From the NCBI GenBank assembly GCA_030141605.1, contig JAQGDQ010000021.1, forward strand, positions 248,001 through 312,000: DNA of 64,000 nt. The letters run 5' to 3'. Both the position numbers and the translations under genes were made by a program. The number at the start of each line of letters is the position of its first letter. Positions within the stretch are counted from its first letter, which is position 1. Below, in pieces: positions 52,401 through 64,000 of the stretch. The stretch comes from Tubiluchus corallicola (lineage: Eukaryota; Animalia; Priapulida). The notes under the pieces are model-generated. The model did not search any database. It was not told the DNA's origin and saw only the letters and a program-made list of their open reading frames with translations.

Positions 52401-55400
52401 GAATATAATGAACACAAAAGAAGCCTAGAAGCACCAACATTATAGGAGGAAGAGAATTAAATAACACTGAGCCTTTTTAGTAAATTGAACGGTATTCACT
52501 AGGAAAACCTTTCAGGATGGTTTCATTCGCCACACTTCTTCGTCTTAGTAACAGAAAGTCTTAGAAGATTTTCTCTAATAATAAACATACCACAACCATC
52601 AGCATAATTGTGCCTTGCCATTGAGCGCTATTTACTGACTGTATGCCCCTCATATATGTGTCAAATTACATAAAAATGTAAAAAAATTGAAATTTCAAGA
52701 CCATATATAGATGTATTTACTACTAAGTGAATCTGACAATTTTAGTGAACCTGATCTGGCAAAAGTTTCCGTCGGGTAATTATTTCATTGTTTGTGTTTC
52801 TATTTGTCTAACACATAATTTTTCCAATTGTTGGAAAAAATAGTCAGCATGAAAAACGAAAATACGTAAGCGGTCTAATTACTTAATGGTGTTAAAGAAT
52901 TTAAAACGTTTCTATTAAAATCTTTAGAAACTTCCAAAAATAATTATTCTTAGTTTTGCTTGTTGTTAAACGACCATTATATCCATATACAGGCATTGGG
53001 CAGACAGAATACAAATCTAGCTTCAAGATAAGTAAACTCGGCAGCCAATTCATCATTTACAGAAGCAAGAGGTGCCACTACTGTGCCAGCTGCTTATCAG
53101 CACCACTCCTTAATTTTAGTTGCATATATCACACGTTTTACAACACACATATCATGTATCCACTACATTACTAATTAATGCATTAATGAAAGTTTTTAAT
53201 AAAATCATGAAATACTGTAAAGGCATGCTTATATAACGTTTCCAAAGTGATATCTGAATTGGGCTAATTTATATTCCTTTTATTTATTCTCACAAAGATA
53301 ATAAGTGGTCACAGGCACTAGCGGTGGTAGCCAACAATACACAATGTTCAATTATGTTTTGTTAAACTTTTTTTGCTATTTTGGTAGTGTGATGACAAAG
53401 AAGCAATAAAAGCTAAGCTACTAGAATGTGATGTGATCATTTACAACTTGGAGTCATCTGATATCGTGTCAGATGTGGAATGGGCCGTAAACTGTGAGTA
53501 ATGATAGCATTTTAGCCGAAAAGTAAGCTCTGCCTTTTTTTGTCTGAACATTAGCTTTTTGTGTTTACGTTGAATGTGCCATGACAAGATATTTAAATAT
53601 TTTTTTAAAGTTAAGCAGTAAAATAAATTAAATAGATATAATGCTTTGTTTTCTAAAATTAGTTGACAGACATTTCATAACAAATGCTCATGAAAGTGTA
53701 TTTATTATTTTTTCATAAAGCAAAGAGCATACTGCAAAGAATCCTGTGTTCAGTCGCAGACTTTACTAAACTTTTGTGGCAAATCAGAGTCTAGCTCTTT
53801 ATCAAAGATATCCCTTTGAATGTAAGATGAACCACCGAACCAACGGAGGTAACGTAGCCACTTTCAGATTTCAATGCATCTTCCCTCTACAAACATTATT
53901 GCTCTTGTTGAGTTACTGCATATGGATCCGTACCATGTAGTTGTATGTGTTTGAAAATTGACCAGTGTAACTTAGACAACATTGCTTTAATTATTGTGCA
54001 TTTCAGTAATCCATGACAACATGGGAGAATATTCATCTCAAAAGATATTTGTGCTCATATCAACTGTAATGACATGGGCTACTAGCAAGCTGGTTGATCC
54101 TGTAAGTTATTGTTTGTTCGATCTTCAGCTAGGACTGGAATATCCTTATGCATCACACACACTATCATTTTATTACAATGAAATCATTGTGATTGTGGGT
54201 CAAATAGTGCATAAAGTGCTGGTGCATACAGGCAAAGTATCGTGACAGCACAACAATCTATCATGAAAACACGATCATGCCAAAATTATACACTCATAAT
54301 TTTTTCATGATACATCGTCAGTGCACGCGCATCATGCACATGCATTGTCGGTACGTCATAAAGTGGTGTGAAACAATGACTTTGCTTCATGCTGTGATAA
54401 AGTGACAGTGTGTATGCCACAGTAAAAGGAATTTGAATGACTAGGCCTCAACAAGGCTAGTAACACATTTTTATTGTTATTGTTGCCATTCAAGCTGTTG
54501 CACAAGTACTGAAGATTTCAATCAAGTGTTGTGCTTATCTGTTTCTTTTAAAGCTTTTCTGTTGTTCAGGAAGATCCAGAGCTACCATTTACGGAAGAGG
54601 ATTTCAGAAGGCGACGTCCACACCGGAACTTCAGAAAACACTGTGATTTGGAAAAACTGGTGATTAAACTTGGAAAAACGGTGAGAATTTTTTACTTTAA
54701 TGAAATTTTACAACTTGGGCACATTGTAATTTTCTTTGGGTAAGTTAACTAACAAATTTAGCTAGTAATTTAGTTTAGTTTACTTGGTTTACATTCTGTC
54801 TAGCATTTTTGACCTGATGTTCGAAAATCTTGTAGTGAAATTTATATAGAGAATCTGTAAACATTTCATGAAAATTAGGAATGATTCTTGTTAAGAAATG
54901 GTATACGTCGGAATCTTCTTCTTTGACTGACAATTCTTTTGTATTGTCAGTTTCTTTAAAGGTACTAGTTTACTTTCGCTTGGTTAGTAATAAATTTTTT
55001 AAAGTTGGCAAAGAATGCTTGCTAGTAGTTTTGCATTTTGCATAATAATTTATTTGCAACAAAGCAGCACCTTTAACTTTATGTGAAGACAGCACAGTCA
55101 GGCTGACGATAAAATTTAAAAAAAATGCTTTTTACAGAACAAAGCTAAACTGATAACTTATGTGCTGGCAGCTGGCATAACATATGGAAATGGTGAAGAA
55201 CTTTTGCACTACTTTTTCAAGGTTTGTTATATTAATAAGTTTTTGTGTTTTAAGACAATTTAATAGTTTTTGTTAATAATAAACAAACAGGTCTTTTTGT
55301 GTGCAACATTAGACTCAACAGTTATGTTAAAAAGAGAAAACATTACTAACAATTAAGCAGGTTCCATAACTGCTTTTGTAGCTAAACCATCACTGAATTA

Positions 55401-58400
55401 ATTGGGTCTCCATTACATAAATAAAACATTCGAATTTTGCAATCTCAGTTTTAACAAGTGCCACGACTGTCTTTTTGTACTAGAATGTACGACACTAGTT
55501 CATTCATATTGTTTGAGTTTTCAATTAAATGAATTCAGGTGTATCATGTTGACACCTATATATAGCAAAATATGTAATAGTTTATATATATATTGCTATA
55601 TTTTATACATCACGTTGGGCAACATGCTTATTTACATATTTATAATTTGGTGTAATTATTATCTAAGATAGTGTTAAACCATTTAGTGTATGTCCGTGTA
55701 TGTATTTCATTATGGTTAGTGCTAAGCAATTTTATATCACTTTGGTTTGTTGAAAATTTTGTTAGGCGGCCTGGCATAATGCACCTGAATTACCCATATT
55801 TGGTGCAGGTGAGAACATCGTACCTATGATACACATTGATGACTTGGCTGCGTAAGTATGCTGAAAGAGCCACATTACTTGTAATATTATCAGTGAAAAA
55901 CTTATTTTAGCTTAAGTAAACTCTGACATGTGTATTTTCCATGATGCGAATTTGGTTATCGGTAAACACATCTGCTGCTTTTATGCTTATGTTTGAGGAA
56001 TTGTATGAAACTTTATTGAATTACTAGCTCATTTATTTGATATTGTCAGTTAAATGTTTTATTGTTGATATTTTACCTTCACGTGATTTTCTAAGTCAAG
56101 AAATTACAAGAATTAATTCGTTAAGTATACCTAGGCATCTTTTGCTTGTTACTCTGTTTTTTAATATTACAAACTTAAATATATCATTAATTTGAGTGTT
56201 TTGCTTTTTTGAACTGCAAAATTTAGTGTTTTCAAAAATTTTTGTTGTAATTTAGCAAATCTGCTTGGATCTGTATTTTTATTTGCTTATTTACTTTCTA
56301 AAAGCCGCTCTATTTGTTTTTTACCACCCATGTATACACTTTTATGTTTAGGATTGTACATAATGTGGTGGATTTGCGACCAAAAACAAAATACATACTA
56401 GCAATTGATGATGCACTTAACAATCTTGGCGACATCATTATGGTAAGTAGCACACATCTCCAACTTTAGCATTTCATAATTAATAACACACGTTCATTTC
56501 AATCAGCTTGTTGTTTGAATAGCAAATTAATTTTGTGAACGAAGTAAATATTCATAATCCACTGAATTTCATAATCTTTGTTAGTGCTCAAAAGGCTGCA
56601 TTCAGTTGTGAATTGTGTTGTAACAACCCTCAGTTTCTTACAGAGTTCTCTGTGTTTGCATTCTTTCTCTTGAAAGTGTTAAATGTTGGTCCTGTCATAC
56701 TTTTCAAAAATATATCGATAGCTACTGGGTCTCAACCATTTGATAGCAGAAAATCAACAAATGAAGTCTATTGAAATCCAGTAAAATTTTCTGTGAGAAC
56801 CAAGCTTTTAGATTTAAAAAATCCATTATCGGAGTTCTGAAGTTGAAAAAATGTTGAATGAACAAAATACTGCACTACAACCAGCCAAATTGTTAAAACA
56901 TTTGCTACTAAAAGGGAAAAATGTAGAATTTTGTTGCTAAAAAAGAAATGCAAAATAAAGTACATGATGTATACAGTAGTAATAGCTACTGTACATACAG
57001 TAGCTACTAGCAATATGTTTACTGTATACTTACTGTACATGGTTACGTCTGTGCGACTGCGCACTTCTCAGTTCCTTATGCTTTTATTATTTAATTATAT
57101 ATTATGTAATTATGTATATTATATATTTTATATTATATAATTACACCAAGTTTATATATTTTCTCTTTTTTCTTTTCAGTAGCAAATATTTTTACAGTTT
57201 TTTTCTGGTTGTATTTCAGTATTTTTTAAATTTTCAATTACAGAGCCTGGTTTCACAAAACTATTACTAAGTTAGCAACGTCATTATTACTTTTGTTAAA
57301 CTGTTAATAATATTGCCTTTAATGATGGCTTTGTGAAACAGCATAGGCCATGATAGAGGATTTAATATTCAAAGAGTTGATTTTTAAAGGAAATTTTATT
57401 GTGTTTTAAATCACACTTTTTCCTGTGTTATTTTTGCTTTCAGTAGTCCTGTCAGTTTATTTTAAGATTCTACTAGAGATGACTCTTCTAACAATGCATT
57501 AAATCAGCAAATGCTTCTCAATATTTAAAATAGAAAACTTGCTCCATTTTTCAGCACTGGTTGTAGAAAAAGCTTTTAAATTATTATGGCATTTGTCATA
57601 CAAGCATGATGCCCCCTGTTTTGTTCATTAGGCTTGTAAAGACTTGTGCAGCATCTAAAATTATTCTGACTGGAAATTGAAGATTTTTAATTTACTTCTT
57701 CTGCTATAATAGTCGAAAAAAATTTAAATGAAATACTACAGAAAAAGTGTTTGTGTTTTTTGTGTACAGTCTGTTGTAGGATTTATTAAATTACTTTTGG
57801 CACTGTTATTCCTTCTGCATAAAATACTGTAAGAGGCTATGATCTTATGCCAGTGGGCAGCAAATAAGTCATGTTTTAATTTCTTGTATTTTTTATTTTA
57901 ACATTTGCACCTGAATACTTTATAAATCTAGTCCTCGGCATAAGAAATAATATAAAAAAGCAAGATATTACCAAGTTAATCTCAAAACCAATGCCATTAC
58001 AATACATTGTAATGCAGTACAATTAGTACTGCAGCATAATTAGTGCAGTACTAGTAACTATTTTATTGTATGATATCCAGATGTAAGTGTGACCTTGGCA
58101 GCTTACGAAATAAAGCGATATTTTAGAACTGTAGCTTTATTTATGCCTGTGCATACATTCTTCAAATCAACAGTGCAGGCAAACTAATACTTGTTTGCAT
58201 TTAATAGGGAATAAGCAAAAGCCTAGGAAATGGCAAATGCAATAATATATCAGAAGAAGAGGCTGTACTGCTCAAAGATGTATCAGTAAGTTACATGAGC
58301 CTTCAATAAAAATGGCTTGTGAACAGTGTTTGCTGATTTTTTTATCGTTACATAAAATGATCAAAAAGTTAGAATTGATGAAAATATGTTACATGGTGTA

Positions 58401-61400
58401 AAAGAAGTCATATAAATACTACTAAGAATTTTTATATATACTATTAATTTTGAAGAATATTGAAGAATTTTTATATTCGGCACAGTCTGATGATTGCAAT
58501 AGCTAACATATTAGCCTGTATTCTAAAAAAATATAAAAGACGCATCTTACATGATGACCTCTTAACAAATAATTTCAAACAAAATCTGTCAGCCACTAAA
58601 GAAAAACTTGAGAGGTTAAAATCATAAGAAGAAATTGACGATCTAGATTTAGAAATATGTAAAGATATCGTGAGGAGATGAATGTACATTAACTTGTTAG
58701 TAATTTTTTGTTGAACCTAAGTGCAACCAAACCGCATGGTAGAACACTAGTTTACCATATGTATAGAAAACACTATGTGAAAAAGAAAAACTATTTAAAA
58801 ATGTAAAAATTATATGAGAGAAAAACACAGAAAAACTCCAGAAAAACACAAATGTAAGGAAAATTACAAAAAAAGACCAAAAAAATCTTGATAAATCCAT
58901 ATGCCAGGCAATAAGGCTTTTCAATAAACATAAGCAAATAAACAAATTTAATTGTGCAAACAAATGTTCCAAAAGTCTATTCAAGAGAAATAAAAATTTG
59001 GCCCAGTTAAAAAAAACCGAAGCTGATATCTAACAAAATTTTGCTAGAAAATGGTACTACAACAATAAATCCCTGCATAATAGCGACAAAATGGAATTAA
59101 GACTTCCGACAGCTTTTCACCAAATGAATTATGATTCACTAAGACTTTTTGATGAAAGTTTTTATACCGAAATCCTATTCTAGCAAGAGCAATATCTTCA
59201 ACAAAATATAAAACACAGTGAAAAGACTTATAAAATCATAATACATAACAATGATAAAAGATAAGTAATACAGTGAAACCTCTTTATAGCACTCACTTTT
59301 TGGACTGGCTTTTGCCATGGGTGAACCACGAAACAGTCAGGCATATGTACAGAGTCCTCACTGTACAGATGCTAGAGTCATAAATTTTCCCTGAGTTAAT
59401 GAGTTAAAAGAAAATTCTTAAATTAATCATTTATGATTTAATAATTCACTCATAATCATTCATCTTTTGTGCTGACGCAATCAGAATGGTCACGTGACCG
59501 GGGATTGTTCGGCGCGCACGAGTCTGCAGGAGACGAGTGTGATAAAGCGGACATGGCTTGTTTAGATTACTTGTGTTATAAAAATTTTCGTTAGCGTCTT
59601 TGTTTGTGAAATTGTCATAGAAGTTTCACACCGCAAGTTGTGTAATACAGAAGATATCAATATACAAATTTTTGTGCCAAGTTTCGACTGTTTTACGATT
59701 TTCGATATACAAGTAAATTATAGATAATTAGCTCTGAAACTTGGGCGAAGTGACAGGGCATCGCCACATCTTTATTAAATTTTTTTATAATAAACTTGTC
59801 ATGTTATCAAGTATATAATAAACTGTAGGTCTGCTGTAAATGTCTCTGCTATATTTAGCTTTCTACAGATCAACAGTATAAATTTCTGATCTTAACTTTG
59901 ATAATATGCATCAAATTTAGTATAATAATTATTTCATTTTGTCTAGCAATTGCAAGTTGACATATTGACAGTTAACTTAAGAATGGAAGCTGGTGTCATA
60001 AAGGATAAGATGTTCATTTCTTGGGTGGCTGAATCTGGTTTTCTGCAGAACATAGCAATCGTAGTGAGACAGTATCGGCAGACACTTAATCTGCTGGTAG
60101 GTAGTGATGGTAACTGCTGTATTTTTGCATGTTTTATGTTTGAGTAGAATGTATAACTGCTTGTAGTTCATTGCTGCAAATACATAGATACATGAATAGT
60201 GTCGAAAGTTAGTTTTAGACTCTCTGCAGTAAATAAGAATGGTTCTAACATGCTGAAGTAATCTCATTATTGTTTGTACGAATCTCATCATCACATTCAG
60301 TGCATTAACATGAGTGCCTTGAGAGTAACTTGTGCCATTTCCTTTTGAGTCTACATATGTGAAAGTGTGAAAAAAATTTTCACAATTGTAGTAAAACATT
60401 AAACCACACTATCTAACCCTCAAATTCACACAAGACCTAGGCTTATTAGCATTCTTGTAGTATGGCAGCTTTGAACAATTTTTGCAGATTTTTAGGATTT
60501 AAATAACTAATGGTGATGAGCCACCTGAGTTATGTCTCTGCACACCAGTCCCTAAGGCCTCAAGCTTTAATGTATAAGTGGTGCTCTATTTTTGTTTAGG
60601 TTTAATAAATGTTTAATGTACCATCTTTATCCTACGTTACTCAGTTTAGCCAGAATGTTAACTCAAATTACAAACAAGTATTTACAATTGTCGCACCCAA
60701 CAAAGTTAAAATTATGAATTTGTCTGTGAATGCCAGCTGGAATTTCTGACAGAATAGTAAAGGTATTTAAATACTTGGACCATTTACAATATCATCGTTT
60801 TTAGATAAAAATATTTTATGATTTTTTTAGCCAATGAAGATCGTCATTTTAGGACCTCCAGCATCCGGTAAATCTACAGTGGCTAGCCAACTGAGCGAAT
60901 ATTACAAAATACATCATATCAAAATTCTTGATGTCATCACTGAAAATATCAATGCACTGGTGAGGAAAATCATTGTTTTATCATTGTTTTAATTCTGAGA
61001 TTTGTATTCTATTTCAAAAGTTACTGTGTAAGAGCAGATCCTTTGCCTAAACCAGCATGGAGAGCATGAAATTGAATGGCATGAGAAACATTTTTCACAC
61101 TTCTTTCTGCTTAACCAAGGCGTAACGAGAATGGGATGCTGGTTATGTCCCTTTCTCACACATGCAATTGTTGCAATTCTATTTATAATACTGAATTAGC
61201 TGGTTAATTCTGGTAGTCTGGCAATGGTGATTCTTTTCATATTGAACAGGAGAGTATAGGTTTTAATGGAACTTTATCTAATGAAGTTTTGATTTATTAT
61301 TTTTAAAGTGGTTTATAGTTGAACAGTTTTTTAGGAATGGAGTGCTGCCAGAGCTGGTGACGAAGATTATGAAGATGATGATAAGGAAGCAGAAGCTGAC

Positions 61401-63071
61401 AAGGAGCTACTTGACCTAATTAACGAATCTAAAGAAACAATTCAAGGTATGATGTAAAAAATATTTTGATATATGAAACATTTCAGAAATTCCAATGTTT
61501 AATTGCAAACCAATTCAAAATGACAATAAAGTGTTTTAAACATATGGATTTTTTACACATGTTATTATCAGAATTAGGGAGCATTTGTATCTCAAGAATA
61601 CAAAACAAACACTGCTATACTGCAGTTTGTTGGTGAGTATATTTAGGTTTACTTAGATCACATCTTGTTTGGAGTGGCAATCACTAGTTAGTTTAAGCAA
61701 GAAAAGGTAAACAAAAAACTCTGCGAAAAGTATTATAAATCTATTCATGCTTTTTATTTTTATACTTAATAGCTAGGCACGATACATTTAATATTATCAG
61801 CGAATCATACATGCAGTCTGCTAATACAACTAACACAAATTATAAACTAATATCATTTTCTTCATAGGCAGAGCGTAGCTGTAATAGTCAAACAAATCAT
61901 ATTGAAGTATGTGAAATGGTTAGCTGTGAAAACTAAAACATAGGGAGGTGTAATTTCTTTGCATTTTTTTGCTTGTTAAACAAAACCATACTTTTTACAG
62001 AGTTTGACCAAATATGACTAACTCCAGAGATATAGTGCAGTGATTACTTTTTATTAAATTATTTTCCATATAATGAAAGGACATAATAACTAAAAGTTAT
62101 TTTTACATGATTATCTCATTTAGGTTAACAATCATTCGCATTTGATAATTTCATATCTTATTACACTATATTACCTATTATTATTTAGTCATTTGGTAAT
62201 TTCTTTTTTAATGTTTTTCTATCGCAGGTCGCATTGGTGATGAGTACATACTGGGTTTCATGAAGAAGAAGCTGCAGTCCACGCCCTGTCAAAATCAAGG
62301 ATACATTCTAGATGGCTTCCCAAAATTAACTTCTCAAGCTAGTGGCCTTTTTACTGGTGCATTTTTTCTACATATAGTTTAAAAATGGATATTTTGTAGA
62401 CAGACAGACAGACAGACAGACAGAGTACTGTACCAAGTTTCGCTTTCAGCAAAATGATTTGGTCATCATTAAATGTCCCCGTCTATGGTACATGGGTGCA
62501 GACTAGTATGTACGGCAGTTAAAATAATAAACTAAGTGATGAATAATAAATGGATGAGCTCCTGACTATATTGAATGTGTATAGATAAAAAGAACAAACT
62601 CAAAGTAAAGTGCAACAGGATAATAAAGAAGTTCTGATGATTTTGCATTACAGTTTTCATGGATAAAGTAGCTGTTATTGGTAAATTTGTCTTACTAAAC
62701 AAAATGATTAATCGACCAAACATATGAATTAGGGACATTTCTATCAGAAGTAAAAAGAAGAAAAAGGCACTAATAATATACTGTAAACATGGTTTCAATC
62801 ATCTATATTCTGCACGGTTGATTCTTTTTCATCCCAGCTGTATTGACAACTGATCTAATGCCATTCATTCTTTGAACTCTTTTTACTTTTTCTTGCTTTT
62901 TGTTATAGCAGTTTTTGTGTTGAGCCAATGAGCGAAGCATTTCTTTAAGAATGCAGTATCTATTTCAATGAGTAATTAATTATTTAGCTAAGCAGTGTTT
63001 AATTTATCTTTAATTAGCTGATGAAATGGAAGAAGCGGAAGAAGATGCAGTAGCAAAACCCAAGATGCCCG
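49448..63071 (+). CDS. AK7: Adenylate kinase 7 (ciliary), first 14 coding exons; continues beyond the window
   Basis: Exons 49448-49540, 52095-52268, 53388-53493, 54007-54101, 54570-54680, 55138-55221, 55766-55851, 56352-56442, 58208-58285, 59947-60096, 60831-60959, 61335-61446, 62228-62356, 63018-63071, all phase-consistent. Motifs [43 protein letters not shown]-loop [25 protein letters not shown]. Confidence 0.95.
50376..50910. repeat. Degenerate tandem array of ~120-170-bp units, about 4 copies
   Basis: Recurring GACAGAGT..TTTTGA, TTTTGAATTCAAG and CCACCAA.TCGC.ATGGAT..TCAT blocks, with anchors at 50376, 50546, 50668 and 50811. Confidence 0.7.
57245..57342. mobile_element. ~100-bp MITE, same family as 5135-5236
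   Basis: Ends GTTTCACAAA / TTTGTGAAAC and the shared internal core. Confidence 0.55.
58490..59220 (+). mobile_element. Decayed non-LTR retrotransposon (L2/CR1-group) ORF2 fragment in AK7 intron 9
   Basis: A-rich sense strand. Broken translation [50 protein letters not shown] resembles the endonuclease-RT linker of LINE ORF2. Confidence 0.55.
59271..59363. mobile_element. Tc1/mariner (pogo/Tigger)-like mini-MITE
   Basis: TA then CAGTGAAACCTC ... GAGTCCTCACTG then TA. Confidence 0.55.
62398..62424. repeat. (AGAC)n microsatellite
   Basis: Direct tetranucleotide run. Confidence 0.85.
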
Positions 63072-64000
63072 GTAAGCATGGTTGCAGCATCTTGTCATGA
63101 TTGCTTTTATTGCAAAACTGTGTGATAAATATGCATAAATCCATGGTGTTCTTTGCTATTGAACTAGAATATCATTTCAATATATGGAAGTTAAAATTAT
63201 TTTAGTTATCTTATGTGCAATCTATTTTTCTGGATGTTTAGCTAAGCATCGTATAGATGGCAGCACATACTTATTTCAGACGATAGATTCACAACTACTA
63301 AAATAACGTGCACAAACTAAGTTTACTTCTGATATTTGAGAAATCGCACATAACATAAAAACCATTTTATGAAAGTACATATAATGTATAGTTGTGAATA
63401 AACTTTATTAACTTCAAGCAAGCTATGCGGCACTCCTTAATGAGCCACATTTCCTGAAGCAATGCAGTTTCGTTTTTGATTTTTTTTCTAACACGGGTCT
63501 CTTAGGATTAAAATAAAATAAAAGTTCTACAATTTAAATTCTTTGCCACTAGTAAAGAATTTGACAATCCCCATAATGTACTACATTTTGATATTAACAG
63601 CAACATGGTTAGTTCTTGAACTACATACTGTAACTGTAGTGATGTTCCTGTTTACTGAACTAAGGTAGATAATTAGATTTTAAAAATACTTGTCACCCAT
63701 GCAGCATATTTCATTTACAGGTCCAGAAATTAGCAAACCACCTATTCTCTTGTAATCGCCAACCTAAATGTTTACCAGAGCCAGCATTAGTTAACTTGCA
63801 AATAGATCAAATATATGCGGGCTACATTACAAGATACACTGCTTTATGAATATGAAGCAGTTGTCTACAGATTTACAACGTATTTAGGATTTTCCACAGC
63901 CTATTTTACATCAGGCGGGATTGCATGGACAAAGACCTAAAGCTCGTTACTTTAAGTGCACCATGTATGTGTACAATTCGCTTCTCTTTATTTCTTTTAT

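Noticed and set aside
59400-59900. GC-richer segment with GGTCACGTGACC, possible TTAA transposon
   Set aside because: No convincing matching terminal inverted repeats found.

Overview
AT-rich invertebrate animal genomic DNA with spliceosomal GT-AG introns; it is not prokaryotic, so there are no operons or CRISPR arrays. Five intron-containing genes were reconstructed by hand with phase-consistent exons: (1) the 3' end of a CYP4 (CYP4V-like) P450 (+); (2) a 367-aa LRR protein with signal peptide and predicted GPI anchor (+); (3) an AP-4 beta subunit lacking hinge and ear (-); (4) an NPAS4/dysfusion bHLH-PAS factor of 921 aa (+); (5) the first 14 exons of ciliary adenylate kinase 7 (+, runs off the window). 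The rest holds many MITEs, two copies of a Mutator-like element, a LINE relic, SINE heads and microsatellites. Main leads: up to six heavily decayed, intronless, all-minus-strand relics resembling LRR-GPCR (LGR / glycoprotein-hormone-receptor-type) 7TM domains; a ~690-bp foldback that contains and mirrors the RFX X-box of the AK7 promoter; a VLR-like GPI-LRR architecture; and vertebrate-like motifs in the NPAS4 tail. Homology calls rest on remembered family motifs, not database searches.
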